64,000 nucleotides of DNA from the human T2T-CHM13v2.0 reference genome, Homo sapiens, in assembly GCF_009914755.1 (NCBI RefSeq), contig NC_060937.1. One strand, 5' to 3'. This document shows, in pieces, positions 15,301-31,468 of this stretch (positions within the stretch are counted from its first letter, which is position 1; each line of letters starts with the position of its first letter). The notes beneath the pieces are model-generated. The model ran no database searches. It had not been told where the DNA came from and saw only the letters and a program-made list of their open reading frames with translations. A program made the position numbers and the translations under genes.

Positions 15301-18300
15301 TATGAAAGTACATCAAATATATATTATATACTGTACATAAAATATCAAAGTACCCCAAATATATATTATATACTCTACATGAAATATCAAAGTTCACAAA
15401 CTATATATTATATAGTGTACATAAAATATCAAAGTACCCAAGGTATATATTCTATACTGTACAAAAAATATCAAAGTACCCAAAGCATGTATTATATACT
15501 GTATATAAAATATGAAAGTACATCAAATATATATTTTATTCTGCACATAAAATATCAAAATACACCAGATATATATTCTATAGTGTACATAAAATAACAA
15601 AGTTCACAAACTATACATTATATACTGTACATAAAATATGAAATTACATCAAATATATATTAGGTACATAAAATATGAAAGTACATCAAATATAGATTAT
15701 ATACTGTACATATAATATCAATGTACCCCAAATATATATTTTATACTCTACATGAAATATCAAAGTTCACAAACTATATATTATATACTGTACATATAAT
15801 ATCAAAGTACCCAAGGTATATATTCTATACTGTACAAAAAATAACAAAGTACCAAAAGCATGTATTATATACTGTACCTAAAATATGAAAGTACATCAAA
15901 TATATATTTTATTCTGTACATAAAACATCAAAGTACACCAGATATATATTCTATAGTGTACATAAAATATCAAAGTACCCAAACTATACATTATATACTG
16001 TACATAAAATATGAAATTACATCAAATATATATTATATTAGGTACATAAAATATGAAAGTACATCAAATATAGATTATATACTGCACATAAAATATCAAA
16101 GTACCCCAAATATATATTATATACTCTACATGAAATATCAAACTTCACAAACTATATATTATATAGTGTACATAAAATATAAAAGTACCCAAGGTATATA
16201 TTCTATATTGTACAAAAAATATCAAAGTACCCAAAGCATGTATTATATACTGTACATAAAATATGAAAGTACATCAAATATATATTTTATACTGTACATA
16301 AAATATCAAAGTACACCAGATATATATTCTATAGTGTACATAAAATATCAAAGTACCCAAACTATACATTATATACTGTACATAAAATATGAAATTACAT
16401 CAAACATATTTTATATTAGGTACATAAAATATGAAAGTACATCAAATATAGATTATATACTGTACATTAAATACCAAATTACCCCAAATATATATTTTAT
16501 ACTGTACATGAAATATCAAAGTTCACAAACTATATATTATATACTGTACATAAAATATCAAAGTACCCAAGGTATATATTCTATACTGTACAAAAAATAT
16601 CAAAGTACCCAAAGCATGTATTATATACTGTACATAAAATATGAAAGTACATCAAATATATATTTTATTCTGTACATAAAATATCAAAGTACACCAGATA
16701 TATATTCTATAGTGTACATAAAATAACAAAGTACACAAACTATACATTATATACTGTACATAAAATATGAAATTACATCAAATATATATTAGGTACATAA
16801 AATATGAAAGTACATCAAATATAGATTATATACTGTACATAAAATATCAAAGTACCCCAAATATATATTATATACTCTAGATGAAATATCAAAGTTCACA
16901 AACTATATATTATATACTGTACATAAAATATCAAAGTACCCAAGGTATATATTCTATACTGTACAAAAAATATCAAAGTACCCAAAGCATGTATTATATA
17001 CTGTATATAAAATATGAAAGTACATCAAATATATATTTTATTCTGCACATAAAATATCAAAATACACCAGATATATATTCTATAGTGTACATAAAATAAC
17101 AAAGTACACAAACTATACATTATATACTGTACATAAAATATGAAATTACATCAAATATATATTAGGTACATAAAATAGGAAAGTACATCAAATATAGATT
17201 ATATACTGTACATATAATATCAACGTACCCCAAATATATATTTTATACTCTACATGAAATATCAAAGTTCACAAACCATATATTATATACTGTACATAAA
17301 ATATCAAAGTACCCAAGGTATATATTCTATACTGTACAAAAAATATCAAAGTACCCAAAGCATGTATTATATAATGTACATAAAATATGAAAGTACATCA
17401 AATATAGATTATATACTGTACATAAAATATCAAAGTACCCCAAGTATATATTATATACTCTACATGAAATATCAAAGTTCACAAACTATATATTATATAC
17501 TGTACATAAAATATGAAATTACATCAAATATATTTTATATTAGGTACATAAAATATGAAAGTACATCAAATATAGATTATATACTTTACATTAAATACCA
17601 AAGTACCCCAAATATATATTTTATACTGTACATGAAATATCAAAGTTCACAAACTATATATTATATACTGTAAATGTAATATCAAAGTACCCAAGGTATA
17701 TATTCTATACTGTACAAAAAATAACAAAGTACCAAAAGCATGTATTATATACTGTACCTAAAATATGAAAGTACATCAAATATATATTTTATTCTGTACA
17801 TAAAATATCAAAGTACACCAGATATATATTCTATAGTTTACATAAAATATCAAAGTACCCAAACTATACATTATATACTGTACATAAAATATGAAATTAC
17901 ATCAAATATATATTATATTAGGTACATAAAATATGAAAGTACATCAAATATAGATTATATACTGTACATTAAATACCAAAGTACACCAAATATATATTTT
18001 ATACTGTACGTGAAATATCAAAGTTCTCAAACTATGTATTATATACTGTACATAAAATATCAAAGTACCCAAGATATATATTCTATACTGTACAAAAAAT
18101 ATCAAAGTACCCAAAGCAAGTATTATATACTGTACATAAAATATGAAAGTACATCAAATATATATTTTATTCTGTACATAAAATATCAAAGTACACCAGA
18201 TATATGTTCTATAGTGTACATAAAATAACAAAGTACAAAAACTATAAATTATATACTGTACATAAAATATGAAATTACACCAAATATATATTAGGTACAT

Positions 18301-20808
18301 AAAATATGAAAGTACATCAAATATAGATTATATACTGTACATATAATATCAATGTACCCCAAATATATATTTTATACTCTACATGAAATATCAAAGTTCA
18401 CAAACCATATATTATATACTGTACATAAAATATCAAAGTACCCAAAGTATATATTCTATACTGTTCAAAAAATATCAAAGTACCCAAAGCATGTATTATA
18501 TACTCTACATAAAATATGAAAGTACATCAAATATATATTTTATTCTGTACATAAAATATCAAAGTACACCAGATATATATTACATAGTGTACATAAAATA
18601 TCAAAGTACCCAAACTATACATTATATACTGTACATAAAATATGAAATTACATCAAATATATATTATATTAGGTACATAAAATATGAAAGTACATCAAAT
18701 ATAGATTATATACTGTACATTAAATACCAAAGTACCCCAAATATATATTTTATACTGTACATGGAATATCAAAGTTCACACACTATATATTATATACTGT
18801 ACATAAAATATCAAAGTACCCAAGGTATATATTTTATACTGTACAAAAAATATCAAAGTACCCAAAGCATGTATTATATACTGTACATAAAATATGAAAG
18901 TACATCAAATATATATTTTATTCCGTACATAAAATATCAAAGTACACCAGATATATACTCTATAGTGTACATAAAATATCAAAGTACCCAAACTATACAT
19001 TATATACTGTACATAAAATATAAAATTACATCATATATATATTAGGTACATAAAATATGAAAGTACATCAAATATAGATTATATACTGTACATAAAATAT
19101 CAAAGTACCCCAAATATATATTATATACTCTACATGAAATATCAAAGTTCACAAACTATATATTATATACTGTACATAAAATAAAGTACCCAAGGTACAT
19201 ATTCTATACTGTACAAAAAATATCAAAGTACCCAAAGCATGTATTATATACTGTACATAAAATATGAAAGTACATGAAATATATATTTTATTCTGTACAT
19301 AAAATATCAAAGTACACCAGATATATATTCTATAGTGTACGTAAAATATCAAAGTACCCAAACTATACATTATATACTGTACATAAAATATGAAATTACA
19401 TCATATATATATTAGGTACATAAAATATGAAAGTACATCAAATATATATTATATACTGTACATAAAATATCAAAGTACCCCAAATATATATTATATACTC
19501 TACATGAAATATCAAAGTTCACAAACTATATATTATATAGTGTACATAAAATATCAAAGTACCCAAGGTATATATTCTATACTGTACAAAAAATATCAAA
19601 GTACCCAAAGCATGTATTATATACTGTATATAAAATATGAAAGTACATCAAATATATATTTTATTCTGCACATAAAATATCAAAATACACCAGATATATA
19701 TTCTATAGTGTACATAAAATAACAAAGTTCACAAACTATACATTATATACTGTACATAAAATATGAAATTACATCAAATATATATTAGGTACATAAAATA
19801 TGAAAGTACATCAAATATAGATTATATACTGTACATATAATATCAATGTACCCCAAATATATATTTTATACTCTACATGAAATATCAAAGTTCACAAACT
19901 ATATATTATATACTGTACATATAATATCAAAGTACCCAAGGTATATATTCTATACTGTACAAAAAATAACAAAGTACCAAAAGCATGTATTATATACTGT
20001 ACCTAAAATATGAAAGTACATCAAATATATATTTTATTCTGTACATAAAACATCAAAGTACACCAGATATATATTCTATAGTGTACATAAAATATCAAAG
20101 TACCCAAACTATACATTATATACTGTACATAAAATATGAAATTACATCAAATATATATTATATTAGGTACATAAAATATGAAAGTACATCAAATATAGAT
20201 TATATACTGCACATAAAATATCAAAGTACCCCAAATATATATTATATACTCTACATGAAATATCAAACTTCACAAACTATATATTATATAGTGTACATAA
20301 AATATAAAAGTACCCAAGGTATATATTCTATATTGTACAAAAAATATCAAAGTACCCAAAGCATGTATTATATACTGTACATAAAATATGAAAGTACATC
20401 AAATATATATTTTATACTGTACATAAAATATCAAAGTACACCAGATATATATTCTATAGTGTACATAAAATATCAAAGTACCCAAACTATACATTATATA
20501 CTGTACATAAAATATGAAATTACATCAAACATATTTTATATTAGGTACATAAAATATGAAAGTACATCAAATATAGATTATATACTGTACATTAAATACC
20601 AAATTACCCCAAATATATATTTTATACTGTACATGAAATATCAAAGTTCACAAACTATATATTATATACTGTACATAAAATATCAAAGTACCCAAGGTAT
20701 ATATTCTATACTGTACAAAAAATATCAAAGTACCCAAAGCATGTATTATATACTGTACATAAAATATGAAAGTACATCAAATATATATTTTATTCTGTAC
20801 ATAAAATA
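12355..20808 (+). repeat. 4,125-bp tandem duplication (two copies, 11 nine-mer units each)
   Basis: Identical ORFs at a constant offset of 4125 (12756/16881, 13129/17254, 13615/17740, 15024/19149, 15265/19390, 15860/19985). Shared private variants include CTCTAGATG, TAGGAAAG, TAAATGTAAT and a 3-bp deletion near 15058/19183. Confidence 0.93.
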
Positions 20809-23800
20809 CCAAAGTACACCAGATATATATTCTATAGTGTACATAAAATAACAAGGTACACAAACTATAAATTATATACTGTACATAAAATATGAAATTA
20901 CATCAAATATATATTAGGTACATAAAATATGAAAGTACATCAAATATAGATTATATACTGTACATATAATATCAATGTACCCCAAATATACATTTTGTAC
21001 TCTACATGAAATATCAAAGTTCACAAACCTTATATTATATACTGTACATAAAATATCAAAGTACCCAAGGTATATATTCTATACAGTACAAAAAATATCA
21101 AAGTACCCAAAGCATGTATTATATACTGTATATAAAATATGAAAGTACATCAAATATATATTAGGTACATAAAATATGAAAGTACATCAAATATAGATTA
21201 TATACTGTACATAAAATATCAATGTACCCCAAATATATATTATATACTCTACAGGAAATATCAAAGTTCACAAACCATATATTATATACTGTACATAAAA
21301 TATCAAAGTACCCAAGGTATATATTTTATACTGTACAAAAAATATCAAAGTACCCAAAGCATGTATTATATACTGTATATAAAATATGAAATTACGTTAA
21401 CTATATATTTTATTCTGTACATAAAATATCAAAGTACACCAGATATATATTCTATAGTGTACATAAAATATCAAAGTACCCAAACTATACATTATATACT
21501 GTACATAAAATATGAAATTACATCAAATATATATTATATTAGGTACATAAAATATGAAAGTACATCAAATAGAGATTATATACTGTACATAAAATATCAA
21601 AGTACCCAAATATATATTATATACTCTACAGGAAATATCAAAGTTCACACACTATATATTATATACTGTACATAAAATATCAAAGTACCCAAGGTATATA
21701 TTCTATACTGTACAAAAAATATCAAAGTACCCAAAGCATGTATTATACACTGTATGTAAAATATGAAATTACATCAAATATATATTTTATTCTGTACATA
21801 AAATATCAAAGTACACCAGATATATATTCTATAGCGTACATAAAATAACAAAGTACACAAACTATAAATTATATACTGTACATAAAATGTGAAATTACAT
21901 CAAATATATATTAGGTACATAAAATATGAAAGTACATCAAATATAGATTATATACTGTACATAAAATATCAATGTACCCCAAATATATATTATATACTCT
22001 ACAGGAAATATCAAAGTTCACAAACCATATATTATATACTGTACATAAAATATCAAAGTACCCAATGTATATATTCTATACTGTACAAAAAATATCAAAG
22101 TACCCAAAGCATGTATTATATACTGTATATAAAATATGAAAGTATATCAAATATATATTTTATTCTGTACATAAAATATCAAAGTACACCAGATATATAT
22201 TCTATAGTGTACATAAAATATAAAAGTACCCAAACTATACATTATATACTGTACATAAAATATGAAATTACATCAAATATATATTAGGTACATAAAATAT
22301 GAAAGTATATCAAATATAGATTATATACTGTACATAAAATATCAATGTACCCCAAATATATATTTTATACTCGACATGAAATATCAAAGTTCACAAACCA
22401 TATATTATTTACTCTACATAAAATATCAACGTACCCAAGATATATATTCTATACTGTACAAAAAATATCAAAGTACCCAAAGCATGTATTATATACTGTA
22501 CATAAAATATGAAACTACATCAAATATATTTTTTATTCTGTATATAAAATATCAAAGTACACCAGATATATATTCTATAGTGTACATAAAATATCAAAGT
22601 ACCCAAGGTATACATTATATACTGTACATAAAATATGAAATTACATCAAATATATATTCTATTAGGTACATAAAATATGAAAGTACATCAAATATAGATT
22701 ATATACTGTACATTAAATACCAAAGTACCCCAAATATATATTTTATACTGTACATGAAATTTCAAAGTTCACAAACTATATATTATATACTGTACTTAAA
22801 ATATCAAAGTACCCAAGGTATATATTCTATACTGTACAAAAAATATCAAAGTACCTAAAGCATGTATTATATACTGTACATAAAATATGAAAGTACATCA
22901 AATATATATTTTATTCTGTACATAAAATATCAAAGTACACCAGATATATATTCTATAGTGTACATAAAATATCAAAGAACACAAACTATACATTATATAC
23001 TGTACATAAAATATGAAATTACGTCAAATATATATTAGGTACATAAAATATGAAAGTACATCAAATATAGATTATATACTGTACATAAAATATCAATGTA
23101 CCCCAAATATATATTATATACTCTACATGAAATATCAAAGTTCACAAACTATATATTATATACTGTACATAAAATATCAATGTACCCAAGGTATATATTC
23201 TATACTGTACAAAAAATATCAAAGTACCCAAAGCATGTATTATATACTGTATATAAAATATGAAAGTACATCAAATATATATTTTATTCTGTACATAAAA
23301 TATCAAAGTACACCAGATATATATTCTATAGTGTACATAAAATAACAAAGTACACAAACTATACATTATATACTGTACATAAAATATGAAATTACATCAA
23401 ATATATATTAGGTACATAAAATATGAAAGTACATCAAATATAGATTATATACTGTACATAAAATATCAGTGTACCCTAAATATATATTTTATACTGTACA
23501 TGAAATATCAAAGTTCACAAACCATATATTATATACTGTACATAAAATATCAAAGTACCCAAGGTATATATTCTATACTCTACAAAAATATCAAAGTACC
23601 CAAAGCATGTATTATATACTGTATATAAAATATGAAAGTACATCAAATATATATTTTATTCTGTACATAATATATCAAAGTACACCAGATATATATTCTA
23701 TAGTGTCCATAAAGTAACAAATTACACAAACTATAAATTATATACTGTACATAAAATATGAAATTACATCAAATATATATTAGGTACATAAAATATGAAA

Positions 23801-26800
23801 GTACATCAAATATAGATTATATACTGTACATAAAATATCAATGTACCCCAAATATATATTTTATACTCTACATGAAATATCAAAGTTCACAAACCATATA
23901 TTATATACTGTACATAAAATATCAAAGTACCCAAGGTATGTATTCTATACTGTACAAAAAATATCAAAGTACCCAAAGCATGTATTATATACTGTACATA
24001 AAATATGAAAGTACATCAAATATATATTTTATTCTGTACATAAAATATCAAAGTACACCAGATATATATTCTATAGAGTACATAAAATATCAAAGTACCC
24101 AAACTATACATTATATACTGTACATAAAATATGAAATTACATCAAATATATATTATATTAGGTACATAAAATATGAAAGTACATCAAATATAGATTATAT
24201 ACTGTACATTAAATACCAAAGTACCCCAAATATATATTTTATACTGTACATGAAATATCAAAGTTCACACACTATATATTATATACTGTACATAAAATAT
24301 CAAAGTACCCAAGGTATATATTCAATAATGTACAAAAAATATCAAAGTACCCAAAACATGTATTATATACTGTACATAAAATATGAAAGTACATCAAATA
24401 TATATTTTATTCTGTACATAAAATATCAAAGTACACCAGATATATATTATATAGTGTACATAAAATATCAAAGTACCCAAACTATACATTATATACTGTA
24501 CATAAAATATGAAATTACATCAAATATATATTACGTACATAAAATATGAAAGTACATCAAATATAGATTATATACTGTACATAAAATATCAAAGTACCCC
24601 AAATATATATTTTATACTGTATATGAAATATCAAAGTTCACAAACTATATATTATATACTGTACAAAAAAATATCAAAGTACCCAAGGTATATATTCTAT
24701 AATGTACAAAAAATATCAAAGTACCCAAAGCATGTATTATATACTGTACATAAAATATGAAAGTACATCAAATATATATTTTATTCTGTACATAAAATAT
24801 CAAGGTACACCAGATATATATTCTATAGTGTACATAAAATAGCAAAGTACACAAACTATAAATTATATACTGTACATAAAATATGAAATTACATCAAATA
24901 TATATTAGGTACATAAAATATGAAAGTACATCAAATATAGATTATATACTGTACATAAAATATCAATGTACCCCAAACATATATTTTATACTCTACATGA
25001 AATATCAAAGTTCACAAACCATATATTGTATACTGTACATAAAATATCAAAGTACCCAAGGTATGTATTCTATACTGTACAAAAAATATCAAAGTACCCA
25101 AAGCATGTACTATATACTGTACATAAAATATGAAAGTACATCAAATATATATTTAATTCTGTACATAAAATATCAAAGTACACCAGATATATATTCTATA
25201 GTGTACATAAAATATCAAAGTACCCAAACTATACATTATATACTGTACATAAAATATGAAATTACAACAAATATATATTATATTAGGTACATAAAATATA
25301 AAAGTACATCAAATATAGATTATATACTGTACATTAAGTACCAAATTACCACAAATATATATTTTATACTGTACATGAAATATCAAAGTTCACAAACTAT
25401 ATATTATATACTGTACATAAAATATCAAAGTACCCAAGGTATATATTCTATAATGTACAAAAAATATCAAAGTACCCAAAGCATGTATTATATACTGTAC
25501 ATAAAATATGAAAGTACATCAAATATATATTTTATTCTGTACATAAAATATCAAAGTACACCAGATATATATACTATAGTGTACATAAAATATCAAAGTA
25601 CCCAAACTATACATTATATACTGTACATAAAATATGAAATTACATCAAATATATATTATATTAGGTACATAAAATATGAAAGTACATCAAATATAGATTA
25701 TATACTGTACATAAAATATCAAAGTACCCCAAATATATATTATATACTCTACATGAAATATCAAAGTTCACAAACTATATATTATATACTGTACATAAAA
25801 TATCAAAGTACCCAAGGTATATATTCTATACTGCACAAAAAATATCAAAGTACCCAAAGCATGAATTATATACTATATATAAAATATGAAAGTACATCAA
25901 ATATATATTTTATTCTGTACATAAAATATCAAAGTACACCAGATATATATTCTATAGTGTACATAAAATAACAAAGTACACAAACTATAAATTATATACT
26001 GTACATAAAATATGAAATTACATCAAATATATATTAGGTACATAAAATATGAAAGTACATCAAATATAGATTATATACTGTACATAAAATATCAAAGTAC
26101 CCCAAATATATATTTTATACTGTACATGAAATATCAAGGTTCACAAACTATATATTATATACTGTACATAAAATATCAAAGTACCCAAGGTATATATTCT
26201 ATACTGTACAAAAAATATCAAAGTACCCAAAGCATGTATTATATACTGTACATAAAATATGAAAGTACATCAAATATATATTTTATTCTGTACATAAAAT
26301 ATCAAGGTACACCAGATATATATTCTATAGTGTACATAAAATATCAAAGTACCCAAAGTATAAATTATATACTGTACATAAAATATGAAGTTACATCAAA
26401 TATATATTATATTAGGTACATAAAATATGAAAGTACATCAAATATAGATTATATACTGTACATTAAATACCAAAGTACCCCAAATATATATTTTATACTG
26501 TACATGAAATATCAAAGTTCACAAACTATATATTATATACTGTACATAAAATATCAAAGTACCCAAGGTATATATTCTATACTGTACAAAAGATATCAAA
26601 GTACCCAAAGCAAGTATTATATACTGTACATAAAATATGAAAGTACATCAAATATATATTTTATTCTGTACATAAAATATCAAAGTACACCAGATATATA
26701 TTCCATAGTGTACATAAAATATCAAAGTACCCAAACTATACATTACATACTGTACATAAAATATGAAATTACATCAAATATATATTATATTAGGTACATA

Positions 26801-29800
26801 AAATATGAAAGTACATCAAATATAGATTATATACTGTACATAAAATATCAAAGTACCCCAAATATATATTATATACTGTACATGAAATATCAAAGTTCAC
26901 AAACTATATATTATATACTGTACATAAAATATAAAAGTACCCAAGGTATATATTCTATACTGTACAAAAATATAAAAGTACCCAAAGCATGTATTATATA
27001 CTGTATATAAAATATGAAAGTACATCAAATATATATTTTATTCTGTACATAATATATCAAAGTACACCAGATATATATTCTATAGTGTACATAAAATAAC
27101 AAAGTACACAAACTATAAATTATATACTGTACATAAAATATGAAATTACATCAAATATATATTAGGTACATAAAATATGAAAGTACATCAAATATAGAAT
27201 ATATACTGTACATAAAATATCAAAGTACGCCAAATATATATTTTACACTGTACATGAAATATCAAAGTTCACAAACTATATATTATATACTGTACATAAA
27301 ATATCAAAGTACCCAAATCATGTATTATATACTGTACATAAAATATGAAAGTACATCAAATATATATTTAATTCTGTACATAAAATATCAAAGTACACCA
27401 GATATATATTCTATAGTGTACATAAAATAACAAAGTACACAAACCATAAATTGTATACTGTACATAAAATATGACATTACATCAAATATATATTAGGTAC
27501 CTAAAATATGAAAATACATCAAATATATATTTTATTCTGTACATAAAATATCAAAGTACACCAGATATATATTCTATAGTGTACATAAAATATCAAAGTA
27601 CCCAAACTATACATTATATACTGTAAATAAAATATGAAATTACGTCAAATATAATTTATATTAGGTACATAAAATATGAAAGTACATCAAATATAGATTA
27701 TATACTGTACATTAAATATCAATGTACCCCAAATATATATTTTATACTCTACATGAAATATCAAAGTTCACAAACTATATATTATATACTGTACATAAAA
27801 TATCAAAGTACCCAAGGTATATATTCTATACTGTACAAAAAATATCAAATTACCCAAAGCATGCATTATATACTGTATATAAAATATGAAAGTACATCAA
27901 ATATATATTTTATTCTGTACATAAGATATCAAAGTACACCAGATATATATTCTATAGTGTACATAAAATAACAAATTACAAAAACTATAAATTATATACT
28001 GTACATAAAATATGAAATTACATCAAATACATATTAGGTACATAAAATATGAAAGAACATCAAATATAGATTATATACTGTACAAAAGATATCAATGTAC
28101 CCCAAATATATATTTTATACTCTACATGAAATATCAAAGTTCACAAACCATATATTATATACTGTACATAAAATATCAAAGTACCCAAGGTATATATTCT
28201 ATACTGTACAAAAAATATCAAAGTACCCAAAGCATGTATTATATACTGTACATAAAATATGAAAGTATATCAAATATATATTTTATTCTGTACATAAAAT
28301 ATCAAAGTACACCAGATATATATTCTATAGTGTACATAAAATATAAAAGTACCCAAACTATACATTATATACTGTAAATAAAATATGAAATTACATCAAA
28401 TATATTTTATATTAGGTACATAAAATATGAAAGTACATCAAATATAGAGTATATACTGTACATTAAATACCAAAGTACCCCAAATATATATTTTATACTG
28501 TACATGAAATATCAAAGTTCACAAACTATATATTATATACTGTACATATAATATCAAAGTACCCGAGGTATATATTCTATAATGTACAAAAAATAACAAA
28601 GTACTAAAAGCATGTATTATATACTGTACCTAAAATATGAAAGTACATCAAATATATATTTTATTCTGTACATAAAATATCAAAGTACACCAGATATATA
28701 TTCTATAGTGTACATAAAATATCAAAGTACCCAAACTATACATTATATACTGTACATAAAATATGAAATTACATCAAATATATACTAGGTACATAAAATA
28801 TGAAAGGACATCAAATATAGATTATATACTGTACATAAAATATCAAAGTACCCCAAATATATATTATATACTGTATATGAAATATCAAAGTTCACAAACT
28901 ATATATTATATTCTGTACATAAAATATCAAAGTACCCAAGGTATATATTCTATACTGTACAAAAAATATCAAAGTACCCAAAGCATGTATTATATACTGT
29001 ACCTAAAATATGAAAGTACATCAAATATATATTTTATTCTGTACATAAAATATCAAAGTACACCAGATATATGTTCTACAGTGTACATAAAATAACAAAC
29101 TACACAAACTATAAATTATATACTGTACATAAAATATGAAATTACATCAAATATACATTAGTTACATAAAATATGAAAGTACATCAAATATAGATTATAT
29201 ACTGTACATAAAATATCAATGTACCCCAAATATATATTTTATACTCTACATGAAATATCAAAGTTCACAAACTATATATTATATACTGTACATAAAATAT
29301 CAAAGTACCCAAGGTATATATTCTATACTGTACAAAAAATATCAAAGTACCCAAAGCATGGATTATATACTGTACATAAAATATGAAAGTACATCAAATA
29401 TATATTTTATTCTGTACATAAAATATCAAAGTACACCAGATATATATTCTATAGTGTACATAAAATATCAAAGTACCCAAACTATACATTATATACTGTA
29501 CATAAAATATGAAATTACATCAAATATATATTATATTAGGTACATAAAATATGAAAGTACATCAAATATAGATTATATACTGTACATTAAAAACCAAAGT
29601 ACCCCAAATATATATTTTATACTGTACATGAAATATCAAAGTTCACAAACTATATATTATATACTGTACATAAAATATCAAAGTACCCAAGGTATATATT
29701 CTATACTGTACAAAAAATATCAAAGTACCAAAAGCATGTATAATATACTGTACATAAAATATGAAAATACATCAAATATATATTTTATTCTGTACATAAA

Positions 29801-31468
29801 ATATCAAAGTACACCAGATATATATTCTATAGTGTACATAAAATATCAAAGTACCCAAACTATACATTATATACTGTACATAAAATATGAAATTACATCA
29901 AATACTTTTTATATTAGGTACATAAAATATGAAAGTACATCAAATATAGATTAAATACTGTACATAAAATACCAATGTACCCCAAATATATAATTTATAC
30001 TGTACATGAAATATCAAAGTTCACAAACTATATATTATATACTGTACATAAAATATCAAAGTACCCAAGGTATATATTCTATACTGTACAAAAAATATCA
30101 AAGTACCCAAAGCATGTATTATATACAGTACATAAAATATGAAAGTACATCAAATATACCTTTTATTCTGTACATAATATATCAAAGTACACCAGATATA
30201 TATTCTATAGTGTACATAAAATAACAAAGTACAAAAACTATAAATTATATACTGTACATAAAATATGAAATTACATCAAATACATATTAGGTACATAAAA
30301 TATGAAAGTACATCAAATATAGATTATATACTGTACATAAAATATCAATGTACCCCAAATATATATTTTATACTCTACATGAAATATCAAAGTTCACAAA
30401 CCATATATTATATACTGTACATAAAATATCAAAGTACCCAAGGTATATATTCTATACTGTACAAAAAATACCAAAGTACCCAAAGCATGTATTATATACT
30501 GTACATAAAATATGAAAGTACATCAAATATATATTTTATTCTGTACATGAAATATCAAAGTACCCAAAACATGTATTATATACTGTACATAAAATATGAA
30601 AGTACATCAAATATATATTTTATTCTGTACATGAAATATCGAAGTATACCAGATATATATTCTATAGTGTACATAAAATATCAAAGTACCCAAACTATAC
30701 ATTATATACTGTACATAAAATATGAAATTACATCAAATATATATTATATTAGGTACATAAAATATGAAAGTACATCAAATATAGATTATATACTGTACAT
30801 AAAATATCAAAGTACCCCAAATATATATTATATACTCTACATGAAATTTCAAAGTTCACAAACTATATATTATATACTGGACATAAAATATCAAAGTACC
30901 CAAGGTATATATTCTATAATGTACAAAAAATATCAAAGTAACCAAAGCGTGTATTATATACTGTATAAAAAATATGAAATTACATCAAATATATATTTTA
31001 TTCTGTACATAAAATATCAAAGTACACCAGATATATATTCAATATTGTACATAAAATATCAAAGTACCCAAACTATACAGTATATACTGTACATAAAATA
31101 TGAAATTACATCAAATATATATTATATTAGGTACATAAAATACGAAAGTACATCAAATATAGATTATATACTGTACATAAAATATCAAAGTACCCCAAAT
31201 ACATATTACATACTCTACATGAAATATCAAAGTTCACAAACTATATATTATATACTGTACCTAAAATATCAAAGTACCCAACGTACATATTCTATACTGT
31301 ACAAAAAATATCAAAGTACCCAAAGCATGTATTATATACTGTATATAATATATGAAAGTACATCAAATATATATTTTATTCTGTACATAAAATATCAAAG
31401 TACACCAGATATATATTCTATAGTGTACATAAAATATCAAAGTACCCAAACTATACATTATATACTGT

